The notes beneath the pieces were generated by a model that was not told the origin of the DNA, searched no databases, and saw only the letters and a list, made by a program, of their open reading frames with translations. Shown piece after piece: positions 1-8,246 of a DNA stretch of 28,622 nt. The stretch's first letter is position 1. Each line of letters begins with the position of its first letter. A program made the position numbers and the translations under genes. Source of the stretch: Candidatus Nanohalobium sp. (lineage in GTDB: Archaea; Nanohalarchaeota; Nanosalinia; Nanosalinales; Nanosalinaceae). The stretch lies in assembly GCA_042217615.1 (NCBI GenBank), contig JBDGSI010000040.1, forward strand, positions 1-28,622, written 5' to 3'.

Positions 1-58
1 TCCAGGAAAACGCATTCAACCAGTAAATAAAAAAGGCCTCCAGTTTTTCTTTTTCCCT

Positions 59-925
59 GTGATTGAACTTGGTTTAATGCTGGCGGCTTTCCTGGCGTTT
101 ATGAAAGGGTTTCAAAGCGTCTATGAAAGGAAAGGCGCGGTAAGTACGGATGAGTTTGTAACTGCGTGGGCTTCAAGAGCCTTCGGAGTGCCGGTGCTTC
201 TGGCAGCAGTCCTGATACAAGACCTTCCTCCGCTTTCCACAGAATTCTTTATAGCGGTGATTCCTCAAAGCCTGGCGATCACTGCTGCATCTGTAATAAT
301 AGCGAAGGCCTTTAAGGAGTCGGATGCGTCGATAGTTACGCCGATGTTTGCTCTTTCACCTGTTCTCGTACTTATAACTTCTTTTGTGGTTCTCGGCGAG
401 GTTCCAAGCCTTTCAGGGGTTATAGGTGTAGGCCTTGTAGCGGCAGGTGCTTATTCCATGAAGATTGAAGGGTCGCAGCATGTTTTGCAGCCTTTCAGAA
501 GGCTTTGGAGTGAGAAAGGGGTTCAACTGATTCTAACTGTGATAATGCTTTACTCTGTGACTTCTGTGGTGGATAAAATAGGGGTTAAAAGTTCAAGCCC
601 TGCTGTATGGTCGTTCTCGGTCGTAACCCTTTCCTCGATATTTCTCTTCCCGGTAATGACCAGGAAATCCGGAGAATGGAGGAAGAAGCTGAGAACTGAC
701 TGGAAACCTCTTACATTCCTAGGAGGGATAGGAGGAGCCGCAGCAATAGTACAGATGACAGCGATCAAGCTTACCCTTGTCACCTACGTAATATCAATCA
801 AAAGACTCAGCATCCCGCTCACAGTAATCCTCAGCTACCTGCTGCTTGGAGAAAAAGAAAGCATCAAAGGAAGGCTCCTCGGCGCAGCCCTGATGACTGC
901 AGGAGCACTCATGATAATCCTATAA
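59..925 (+). CDS. EamA/DMT family transporter
   Basis: 288 aa, about 10 hydrophobic helices in two repeats. DMT-type motifs ASIVTPMFALSPVLVLITSFVVLGE and SIPLTVILSYLLLGEK. GTG start. Confidence 0.9.
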   Translation: MIELGLMLAAFLAFMKGFQSVYERKGAVSTDEFVTAWASRAFGVPVLLAAVLIQDLPPLSTEFFIAVIPQSLAITAASVIIAKAFKESDASIVTPMFALSPVLVLITSFVVLGEVPSLSGVIGVGLVAAGAYSMKIEGSQHVLQPFRRLWSEKGVQLILTVIMLYSVTSVVDKIGVKSSSPAVWSFSVVTLSSIFLFPVMTRKSGEWRKKLRTDWKPLTFLGGIGGAAAIVQMTAIKLTLVTYVISIKRLSIPLTVILSYLLLGEKESIKGRLLGAALMTAGALMIIL

Positions 926-1028
926 AAAACCTCTGGAAAGGTCTTGATCCTTCAGTAACAAAAGAACTTAAGAGCATACAGGTTCCAATTAATTACTGGG
1001 AAGATGAAAAAAGGCCTTTCCACAACCC

Positions 1029-1046
1029 AAAAAATATACTTAAACA
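1029..1046 (+). promoter_or_regulatory. Putative BRE/TATA promoter of the surface-protein gene
   Basis: AAAAAATATACTTAAAC lies ~25-35 nt upstream of the probable start region (1069-1079). Confidence 0.5.
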
Positions 1047-1135
1047 TTCAAGCTCCAAACACCAAGCAGTGATACCCTATCTCACACAATAGACTTTACA
1101 GAACAGGTCTCCTTCTACTTACTCTAACAATAACA

Positions 1136-3217
1136 ATGGGAACAGTCTCCGCCTTTGAGTTCGCATCTTCTACACCTGAAAACGGTACAGGGCTCTCGAC
1201 TCCGGTCACAATCAACGTGACAGGAACCGGAGTAACTCAGGGAGAGATGTCTGCAGTCTGGGGGCCTAAAGGAGACTTTAGCAGCGGTGGAGGTACTAGT
1301 AATATACAGGTTCGCGGAGGATCTGCATGGTTCCAGTGGAATGCTTCACGTAATAACAACAATAGATGGGTTGTCAGGGTTTCAAACGGAACACATTCTA
1401 TCCAGAATGTTTACAAGCTGGATAACAAGGCTCCCAAGATTAAAGGCCTTGATCTACCTGACAGGTTGAACAGTGATTTTGGACCTGTCAAGTTTAATGT
1501 TGAGGAGCAGTATGGCAGTATTGATTTTGTTGAGGTCCGTGTTAAGGACAGTGATGGAGAGGTTGTGGATAGTAAGGAGTTCTGCAGCGATTCCGAAGAT
1601 AAAGATAGCTGCAGTGTTTCCTATGAGCTTCCAACAGGTGGTATGAGTAGCGGTAATGAGTATGAGTTAGAGGTTGAGAGAAATGATTCGTTTGGTGAAA
1701 AAGGTCGTCGTCCTTACAGCGAGGAGTTTACTTATGATAACAAGTATAAAGGAGATGAGAATCCTTCTGTTAAGCCCGGGCCTCAGGTCTTCAGAGTTGA
1801 TGACGGTAGTGAAGAGATCAGGATAGGTGTGACTTTGAATGGAAAAAGTGAGGGGTCGGAGATCTCTGTAGTGTGTAAGTATCAAGGCGGGAAAATTGGT
1901 ACTTCTTCGTCCAAGTACCTCAGCAGCGATGAAGAAGAGACCTTTGACTGTACGATGGTGCCGGAGGATTACGGTAATATTGGAATGGATTTCAAAGCAG
2001 TTCTAAAGGATGAAGCCGGGAACACAGAGCCTGTTGAAGTAGGAACATACTACTTTGACTTCTACCCGCCTAAACTGGAGAACTTGAGCGCGGTTGTAGG
2101 CATATTCAACAGCGACTTCCAGCTATCCTATGACGGGTACGATCCAGGAGAGACAGAGATAGGTAAAATACACTACCAGCTAAACGACAAAACTTTAGAC
2201 CTGGATAACGGATACAATTCAACGGACGCAGATGGAGATTTCAAAGTAAATACTGAAGGCCTTTCGAAAGGCGCCCACACTGTTTATGCCTGGGCGGTTG
2301 ACAAGGCAGGACGTGTAAGCAGCAGGAAAAAGTTCACCTTTGATTTCAGGCCTTCTGCAACTCCTAAAGCAGCTATAAGCACTGGTAACAAGTTGAGTAC
2401 TGTTGCGGGAGAGGATGTTATTGTTAAATCCTCTGTCAAGAATACAGGAAGGCTTTATATCAGCAGCATGGATCTAAGTCTTGTTTCCAGTATTTCAAAC
2501 CAGTCCAGGTCTTTGAAAGGTTTGAAGCCAGGTGAAAATGTTTCTGAGTACTTCTCTATTGATACGGAGGAGAAAGATCTTGGAGTACACAAGTTGGCGT
2601 TGAAGACTCAAAGCCCTGATGCAAGTGAAACAGTTAAACTTGTTGTAAAGGCTAACAAAGATCAAAAAAGTTCTATCAAGGATAAATACGAACGGTTTTC
2701 GGAAAGGTACAGGGATTTGAAAGAGAACGTAACCCGGTTGAATCAAAGCGGTTTATCCCAGGAAAGAAGGGAAAGACTTGGTTCCAATACCTCAGAGTTC
2801 TTCCAGAGAATGGAGGCAGCTGTCAAGGCCTTTGAAAAAGGGCGTTTCTACAGAGTTGATTCAATTCTTGAAAATATTCAACCGCTTTATGAGAAGGCCT
2901 CAGAAAGTTACAGGCAGGTTAAGAAGGAGCATGAAGCAGCTGAGTTCAACCGTTTGATCGGTTTGTTCCTGCTTGTTGGAATAGGTTTAACCGGTTCAGG
3001 TGTAGCCTATGTGGCCTGGTTCAGCGAAGAGTACTACATCGATATAGAGGCCTTGAAGGAGATTGACTGGCTTGAAAAAGGTATAGAGTTTGTGGAGGAG
3101 AAAGTAGGTCAGTACGAGTTAAGCTTGGAGCCTTTGGAAGGCCTTCTTGACGGCCTGGGAGAGGCTGTTGAGGAGGAAGAGGAGGAGTTGGAGCAAGGTT
3201 TCCAGGGTTTCAGCTAA
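1136..3217 (+). CDS. Membrane-anchored surface (glyco)protein: Ig-like repeats, CARDB/NEW3-like domain, coiled coil, C-terminal TM helix, acidic tail; true start probably upstream (~1079)
   Basis: Beta-rich repeats with D-x-x-(A/P)-P and D-x-A-G-(N/R) motifs. VKNTGRLY...LKPGENVS is CARDB-like. TM segment LIGLFLLVGIGLTGSGVAYVAWF; many N-x-S/T sequons. The upstream in-frame sequence completes a signal peptide. Confidence 0.75.
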   Translation: MGTVSAFEFASSTPENGTGLSTPVTINVTGTGVTQGEMSAVWGPKGDFSSGGGTSNIQVRGGSAWFQWNASRNNNNRWVVRVSNGTHSIQNVYKLDNKAPKIKGLDLPDRLNSDFGPVKFNVEEQYGSIDFVEVRVKDSDGEVVDSKEFCSDSEDKDSCSVSYELPTGGMSSGNEYELEVERNDSFGEKGRRPYSEEFTYDNKYKGDENPSVKPGPQVFRVDDGSEEIRIGVTLNGKSEGSEISVVCKYQGGKIGTSSSKYLSSDEEETFDCTMVPEDYGNIGMDFKAVLKDEAGNTEPVEVGTYYFDFYPPKLENLSAVVGIFNSDFQLSYDGYDPGETEIGKIHYQLNDKTLDLDNGYNSTDADGDFKVNTEGLSKGAHTVYAWAVDKAGRVSSRKKFTFDFRPSATPKAAISTGNKLSTVAGEDVIVKSSVKNTGRLYISSMDLSLVSSISNQSRSLKGLKPGENVSEYFSIDTEEKDLGVHKLALKTQSPDASETVKLVVKANKDQKSSIKDKYERFSERYRDLKENVTRLNQSGLSQERRERLGSNTSEFFQRMEAAVKAFEKGRFYRVDSILENIQPLYEKASESYRQVKKEHEAAEFNRLIGLFLLVGIGLTGSGVAYVAWFSEEYYIDIEALKEIDWLEKGIEFVEEKVGQYELSLEPLEGLLDGLGEAVEEEEEELEQGFQGFS

Positions 3218-3234
3218 GAACTCCTCTCTTAAAT

Positions 3235-3579
3235 TTAGTTTATTTTTTCTGTGTCTTTGAACTGTTCCTGGAGGATTCCTTTGTCTCTTGCTGTTTGAAC
3301 AGTCTGTGATATTTCTGTGGAGAAGTCACGGTCCTGTGCGGCTTTTGCTACTGCATCTCTCAACGTGATTTCTATCTGAGGATCTTTTTTAAGCTTCTCT
3401 ACTATTGAATGGTTTGCACGGTTTCCTGTAAGGTACTGGCTGACTGCTGGCTGGGTTATACCCATTTTATCCGCTATTTCCTTCTGTTTCAAACCGTATT
3501 CTTTCCTGAGCTGGGAGGCCATAATGCTTCTGATCGCAGGCAGCACTTCCTCAGTTATTACCTCGCTTTCAAACCTCAT
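3235..3579 (-). CDS. XRE/Cro-type HTH transcriptional regulator (archaeal COG2522-like)
   Basis: EVLPAIRSIMASQLRKEYGLKQKEIADKMGITQPAVSQYL is a typical HTH with the TQPAVSQY recognition helix. Confidence 0.85.
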   Translation of the reverse strand: MRFESEVITEEVLPAIRSIMASQLRKEYGLKQKEIADKMGITQPAVSQYLTGNRANHSIVEKLKKDPQIEITLRDAVAKAAQDRDFSTEISQTVQTARDKGILQEQFKDTEKIN

Positions 3580-3617
3580 TGTTAGACGAGTTGGTGCTCA
3601 AAGAATTAAATCAACAC

Positions 3618-3658
3618 GGGGGAAAGAGGAGAGAGGAGAAAAGGAAAAAGGCCTTTTT
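3618..3658 (-). terminator. Putative terminator of the histone-fold gene
   Basis: On the minus strand the stop TAA runs into the perfect palindrome AAAAAGGCCTTTTT, followed by a long pyrimidine tract. Confidence 0.6.
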
Positions 3659-3998
3659 AGTGGTCTGCCTGTTGTACTTCCCTGGACAGTTTTTCCACAT
3701 CTGCTGCAAGTGCATCGAGTTTTCTGCTGACGCGTTCTTTTTCCTGGATGATGTTCTCCACTTTCTCATATTTTCTTGCTGCATGATCTAAGTGGTGTTT
3801 TTCGACGTATGCTGCGTCGGTTTCCATCATGTTGTCGATGATTTCCTCTGCGATTTCTCCGAGCAACAAGTTAAGGCCGTAGTAAACATTTGAACGGACG
3901 TACTGGCCGTCGTCTGCTTTTTCTCTAATCATTCTTTTGATCCTGGCGTGTGTGAACGGAAGGTCGTCTACTTCAGTATCTTCTGGGACTTCTACCAT
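3657..3998 (-). CDS. Histone-fold protein with C-terminal coiled-coil extension
   Basis: DLPFTHARIKRMIRE (helix 1), QYVRS loop, long helix 2 (NVYYGLNLLLGEIAEEIIDNMM), short helix 3, then a heptad helix IIQEKERVSRKLDALAADVEKLSREVQQ. Confidence 0.7.
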   Translation of the reverse strand: MVEVPEDTEVDDLPFTHARIKRMIREKADDGQYVRSNVYYGLNLLLGEIAEEIIDNMMETDAAYVEKHHLDHAARKYEKVENIIQEKERVSRKLDALAADVEKLSREVQQADH

Positions 3999-4030
3999 TG
4001 TTTATCACAGTAAAAATTGGGTTTCACAGT

Positions 4031-4107
4031 CTTATAATGGTTTATTTGTTTTCTCCGGTATCTGCGGTGTGGAAAGGCCTTTGGTGTTGAAACCGGTAAT
4101 TATAAAC
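4031..4107. promoter_or_regulatory. Divergent TATA boxes
   Basis: TTATAAG on the minus strand (4031-4037) is ~35 nt from the histone ATG at 3998. TTATAAAC on the plus strand (4100-4107) is 24 nt from ATG 4132, which suggests a leaderless mRNA. Confidence 0.55.
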
Positions 4108-4131
4108 CTGTTTAGAGGGAAGTAACGGTTT

Positions 4132-4380
4132 ATGATAGATCTTGCAACTATTGACCAGGTGCTTAGTATACTGGTGAAAACAGTCTTCCTGCTGATTTTC
4201 GGCTTCACGGTGCTGCTGCTCCGAAAGCTTGATGATGTTATAGAGTCGGCGGAGCGGTCGGCTGAAAGCATTGAGCACACAGCGGAGACTGTGGAAAGCA
4301 TTATCAGTATAGCGGAGTTCCTGCCGATGATCGGAGGGAAAAGAAAAAAAGCAAGGAATCCGGAAAGTGATAATGAATGA
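4132..4380 (+). CDS. Small single-pass membrane protein with helical cytoplasmic part
   Basis: 82 aa with TM segment VLSILVKTVFLLIFGFTVLLL, then an amphipathic helix and a basic tail. Has an upstream TATA box and overlaps the next gene (ATGA). Confidence 0.65.
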   Translation: MIDLATIDQVLSILVKTVFLLIFGFTVLLLRKLDDVIESAERSAESIEHTAETVESIISIAEFLPMIGGKRKKARNPESDNE

Positions 4381-4676
4381 ACGATCTGTTAGAAGCCGCT
4401 GAGTCAGGAGATGATTCCAGCAGCGAGAGATATGAGAAGGTGAAGAAGGAGGAGGCAGGGACTGTAGATGTAGATCCTGCCAGGAAAAGGTATCAGGAAC
4501 TGAAGGAGAAGGCTAAAGAAGAACTGAAAAGAAAACACGAAGAAACCGGAGAACCTTCAGAACCTGGAGAGCACCATGAACAGGAAGAAAACCGGGAAGA
4601 CGGTCAAGGAGGAGGAACACTGGAAGAAACCGTTGAAACCGGAGCCAGCGACAAGAATTCATTTATAACACACTAG
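4377..4676 (+). CDS. Hypothetical acidic low-complexity protein
   Basis: 99 aa, E-rich composition typical of halophile proteins. Translationally coupled to the upstream gene. Confidence 0.6.
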   Translation: MNDLLEAAESGDDSSSERYEKVKKEEAGTVDVDPARKRYQELKEKAKEELKRKHEETGEPSEPGEHHEQEENREDGQGGGTLEETVETGASDKNSFITH

Positions 4677-4695
4677 CCTTCTTTTCAAACCGTAA

Positions 4696-5886
4696 ATGGA
4701 CCTGGACAGTGTTCCCCGGATAGCCAAATACCTTTCGACAGTTTTCCTACTTGTCTGGATAGGCAGAAGCACAGTCTGGATGTTCCTACCGGTATTCTTC
4801 CGCAGAAACATAGAAAGCGTCTTCCTTATAGGAGTAATGACCTCCCTACCCTCCATAATACCTGCAATACTGGATATACCTGTAGGAAAACTTGTGCAAA
4901 AAGCAGGAGAAAAATCAGTGGTATTCGCAGGCCTTATAACAACAGCAATACCTGCCTTACTGTATATAACTGCAGCACCTGTTCTCCTGGTAGCAGGGAA
5001 AGCGGTTGAAGGAGTTGCCAAATCACTTATATGGAACGGCGGCTGGTCTCTATCCCTGAAATCCTCAGATCCTGAAGTAGAATCGGAATCCGTCTCAGTA
5101 TTCCTTCTAGGAACAAACACCGGTATAGTAGTAGGCCCGATTCTCGGAGGCCTTATCCTCAAGGCCTACGGCTTTACAATACCGTTCATCTTCTGGATCT
5201 TCTCTGCCCTGCTTGCTGTAGCAGTTTTCTACGCCTACATAGGCCTTGATCTGGAGCAGGGTATCACTCGCTCTGTTGAGGAACTGATGAACAGAAGAAC
5301 GTATATGGATGAAGTAGAGGACTTTAGACAGTATTACAGTGTTTTGATGTATCCTTTCGCATTGACTTTTCTCTACAGCATTATCTTCTCCTTTTACTGG
5401 CTGACAATCCCGTTACTGCTTGAGAAGGTGAATGCAGGCTTCCCTCTAATGGGTGTTATCTTCGGAGTAGCAGCTCTTCCCAAACTTTTCCAGTTCGTAT
5501 TTGGAGACCTGGCGGACAGGTTCGGCCACTCCAAAATACTTGCAGGCCTTGCTCTATGCCTCACACCGGTTTTACTGGCAATGAGCCGGTTGGAAGGTGC
5601 CTTAATGCTGGGAGTGTTCTTCTTTATTGCAAGAATCTTCTCCGCAGGCATGTCTCCAGCAATACACGCCGAGTTCGATGCCAGGACGCCTGAAGAAGTT
5701 GAAGGAGAAATGACAGGTTTCCTGGAATTCTTCAAACATTCAGGACAAAGCATAGGCCCTATACTTGCAGGAACAGCAGCTTCAATATGGAGTCTTCAGG
5801 CCTCATTCATTGCAGCCGCTGCAGTAGCAGCTGTAATCTTTTTGACTGCTTTAACAAATACGGAAACGTTTTCAAAGCTTTTTTAA
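4696..5886 (+). CDS. Major facilitator superfamily transporter
   Basis: 396 aa, about 12 TM helices. MFS motif A variants PVGKLVQKAGEK and FGDLADRFGHSK; loop motif GIVVGPILGG. Confidence 0.92.
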   Translation: MDLDSVPRIAKYLSTVFLLVWIGRSTVWMFLPVFFRRNIESVFLIGVMTSLPSIIPAILDIPVGKLVQKAGEKSVVFAGLITTAIPALLYITAAPVLLVAGKAVEGVAKSLIWNGGWSLSLKSSDPEVESESVSVFLLGTNTGIVVGPILGGLILKAYGFTIPFIFWIFSALLAVAVFYAYIGLDLEQGITRSVEELMNRRTYMDEVEDFRQYYSVLMYPFALTFLYSIIFSFYWLTIPLLLEKVNAGFPLMGVIFGVAALPKLFQFVFGDLADRFGHSKILAGLALCLTPVLLAMSRLEGALMLGVFFFIARIFSAGMSPAIHAEFDARTPEEVEGEMTGFLEFFKHSGQSIGPILAGTAASIWSLQASFIAAAAVAAVIFLTALTNTETFSKLF

Positions 5887-6615
5887 CTCTGGGAACTTGA
5901 AGAGGCCTGCTTCACGGGAGACTGCAACCGCCTCCAGCTCGTTCTTGTCCACAAAGTTTCTTAGAACCGGTGAAAGAAGTTCCCTGCTAGGCATATTGTT
6001 CACTCCTGAACCCTGTGAAATAGTGGAGAAAGCAGGAAGCACTACAAGGCCTTTGCCTTCAGAGTTCTTGCCGTACAGGAAGCAGTTAACTTTCTCCTTC
6101 ACCCCTATATCATCTTTTAACTCCAGGGCAGGATGCTCATGACCTATAATAACAGTTTTAAACTTATCTGAGTTTACTTCAAGTTCCTTAAGGCTTATGT
6201 GGCCGTGTGTAAACAGTATACTGTTTTTAAGGAAGTATTTTTCCAGTTCAAATCCTTCCTCTTCCACTGCAGACTCTATAAATGTGTCATGATTTCCTTT
6301 TATCAGCACTACTTCACTGAATAGACTGTCAGCCTTCTCCAGAAAATCCTTTGTCTCCGATTTCTCCGCATACAAACTGGTTTTGAACTCGTTCTTCAAA
6401 TCGCCGTTCACAACCAGACGGAAGGCCTCTGTCTCCTCCTTAATCTTTTCAAGATCGCTTAGAATAGTTTCAAGCTGGAACTGAGGTATGTAACTTCCTT
6501 TCGAAGTCATTCCCTCCTCAAGGCCTAGATGCAGATCCGAGATCACAGCAGTATCTATCTCAGGGTGGTAGAGCGCCGGTAGACTGTCCACGGTTTGAAA
6601 CCCCAAGATTTCCAT
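5872..6615 (-). CDS. Metallophosphoesterase (calcineurin-like, COG1407-type)
   Basis: All five motifs present: SDLHLG, NGD, GNHD, HGH, GHEHP. C-terminal VLPAFS is typical of this subfamily. Confidence 0.9.
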   Translation of the reverse strand: MEILGFQTVDSLPALYHPEIDTAVISDLHLGLEEGMTSKGSYIPQFQLETILSDLEKIKEETEAFRLVVNGDLKNEFKTSLYAEKSETKDFLEKADSLFSEVVLIKGNHDTFIESAVEEEGFELEKYFLKNSILFTHGHISLKELEVNSDKFKTVIIGHEHPALELKDDIGVKEKVNCFLYGKNSEGKGLVVLPAFSTISQGSGVNNMPSRELLSPVLRNFVDKNELEAVAVSREAGLFKFPELKKL

Positions 6616-6658
6616 GGTGAGGAAAGTTCAGGCAGTGAGTTTTTTACTTGTTCAGATA

Positions 6659-7342
6659 TTACTTGTCAATAAATGAATGGATTTTTTGAAGGGCTTCAGG
6701 TTGTTTAGAAGGCATTACCTCAAGAACTACTGGCCCTGAATATTCGTATGTTTCTAAAAGGTCAACGATTGCTTTGATATTTACTGTTCCTTCTCCGAGC
6801 GGAACGCCATCATTTTGACGAGTCCCATCAGCTAAGTGGATTACGGGTACTTCGTTAACAGAATAATTCTGTAGTAAGGCCTCAATAAATGGAAGATAGG
6901 TTTCCTCGCTCATGTGTATATGTGCGGTATCCAAGACGAGAGAGTGCTCATTTGACAGATGGAAATTTCTAAGGTAGTATTTGCTTACACTTGGATCGTT
7001 TTCATATCCTACTGTCTCAGCAACTGCATCAGAGGAAGGGTAAACTTTCGGTGCGTACCTTGTACCTATAGGATTGGAGTCAAAGATAAGAACGGCTGAA
7101 AGCTTAGCTGCAATCTCATCCGCTTGACGGAAGTAAGGCCTTGGATCTGTATCTGCTTCAATATGTGGAGTATGTACGGAAACAATTTGGCCTGCAGAGT
7201 CTTGACAAACTTCAATAATTTCATCCGCTGAATTGTTTTCCAATTGGGTTTCTGTCAGGTATAGTTCAAAATGGTCGAATCCTTCATTATACAGCTTTTC
7301 AAATTTCTTTTTTTCAGGAGGAAGTTTTCCTGCGATTTTCAT
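6659..7342 (-). CDS. Sugar phosphate isomerase/epimerase (AP endonuclease 2 / xylose isomerase-like TIM barrel)
   Basis: Motifs SVHTP, YEN, VLDTAH, VIHLAD, PLGEGTVN and VVLEV. Confidence 0.8.
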   Translation of the reverse strand: MKIAGKLPPEKKKFEKLYNEGFDHFELYLTETQLENNSADEIIEVCQDSAGQIVSVHTPHIEADTDPRPYFRQADEIAAKLSAVLIFDSNPIGTRYAPKVYPSSDAVAETVGYENDPSVSKYYLRNFHLSNEHSLVLDTAHIHMSEETYLPFIEALLQNYSVNEVPVIHLADGTRQNDGVPLGEGTVNIKAIVDLLETYEYSGPVVLEVMPSKQPEALQKIHSFIDK

Positions 7343-7379
7343 TGTAGAGTTGTATATGTGTCGTAGAAGTTAATCTTTT

Positions 7380-8246
7380 CTATCTCTGTTCTCTGTTGAT
7401 CAGGCTCCACATCTGGGTGAAGGAGGAGAAGAAGTCCTGATCTGTTGGTATCTGAATGAATTCTGCACCGTTTCTGAGTGCGCTTTCACGGATTTTCTCG
7501 GTGTGGCCTTCTAGTTTATCCCGGTATTTTTCCTTGGTGCGGGGGGAGAGATAGGTTCTCAGCTTTGAACTTGATTCAGGGTCTTTAAGGATTGCATCGC
7601 CTTTAACCTCTGGTTCAAGCTCTGTACTGTCGAGGACGTTTACGAGCACTGCGTCTGTGTGCTGCAGGCTTTCCAAAGCTGTTTCCACGTTTTCTGTATC
7701 TGTTAGGAAATCGGATAGGATTATGACGACAGATTTGTTTTCTATCCTGGATGAGTAGTCTGTTATACATCTTTCTATCCTGCTTTCAGGGGTTTTCCGC
7801 AGGTGGTTTAAGCTGTCTACCAGGCTTGCAAGGTCTCCGTGGCGTCTGGCTGCTGTCAAGTCTGTAAGTGTTTCAGAGAAAACTGAAAACCGGAACCGGT
7901 CATTGGTTTTTGATGTCATGTAGGCAGCGCCGATAGCCAGTTTAGCAGCGTACTCATACTTGTTGTTCTTACCGTAATCCATTGAACTGCTTCTATCTAA
8001 GAGTATGTGGACTGTAACGTTCTTCTCCTCCTCGAAGCGTTTAATGTAGAAGTCGTTTGTCCTGGCGTAGGCCTTCCAGTCAATCTTCCTTATGTCATCG
8101 CCTGGAACGTATTGTTTATGGTCTTTGAAAATCATTCCCTGTCCTGTACGCTGGCTTTTCTGCTCTCCTTCCTTTATCTCTGTAGAATTCTTTTTTAACG
8201 CGGTGTGAAATGTTTTAAGCTGTTCTAGGAAGTCAAGCTCTATCAT
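7380..8246 (-). CDS. DUF58 family vWA-domain protein (MoxR partner)
   Basis: GQGMIFKDHKQYVPGDDIRKIDWKAYAR signature; intact MIDAS motif LLDRSSSM and IILSDF. Confidence 0.92.
   Translation of the reverse strand: MIELDFLEQLKTFHTALKKNSTEIKEGEQKSQRTGQGMIFKDHKQYVPGDDIRKIDWKAYARTNDFYIKRFEEEKNVTVHILLDRSSSMDYGKNNKYEYAAKLAIGAAYMTSKTNDRFRFSVFSETLTDLTAARRHGDLASLVDSLNHLRKTPESRIERCITDYSSRIENKSVVIILSDFLTDTENVETALESLQHTDAVLVNVLDSTELEPEVKGDAILKDPESSSKLRTYLSPRTKEKYRDKLEGHTEKIRESALRNGAEFIQIPTDQDFFSSFTQMWSLINREQR

Noticed and set aside
1-30. 3' end of an upstream gene
   Set aside because: Stops occur at 24-26 and 28-30, but the fragment is too short to fix the frame or product.
5872-6615. Phosphoesterase as part of a defence or ligase-associated repair operon
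   Set aside because: No Lhr helicase, ligase or nuclease partner is adjacent; it is treated as an ordinary stand-alone archaeal gene.
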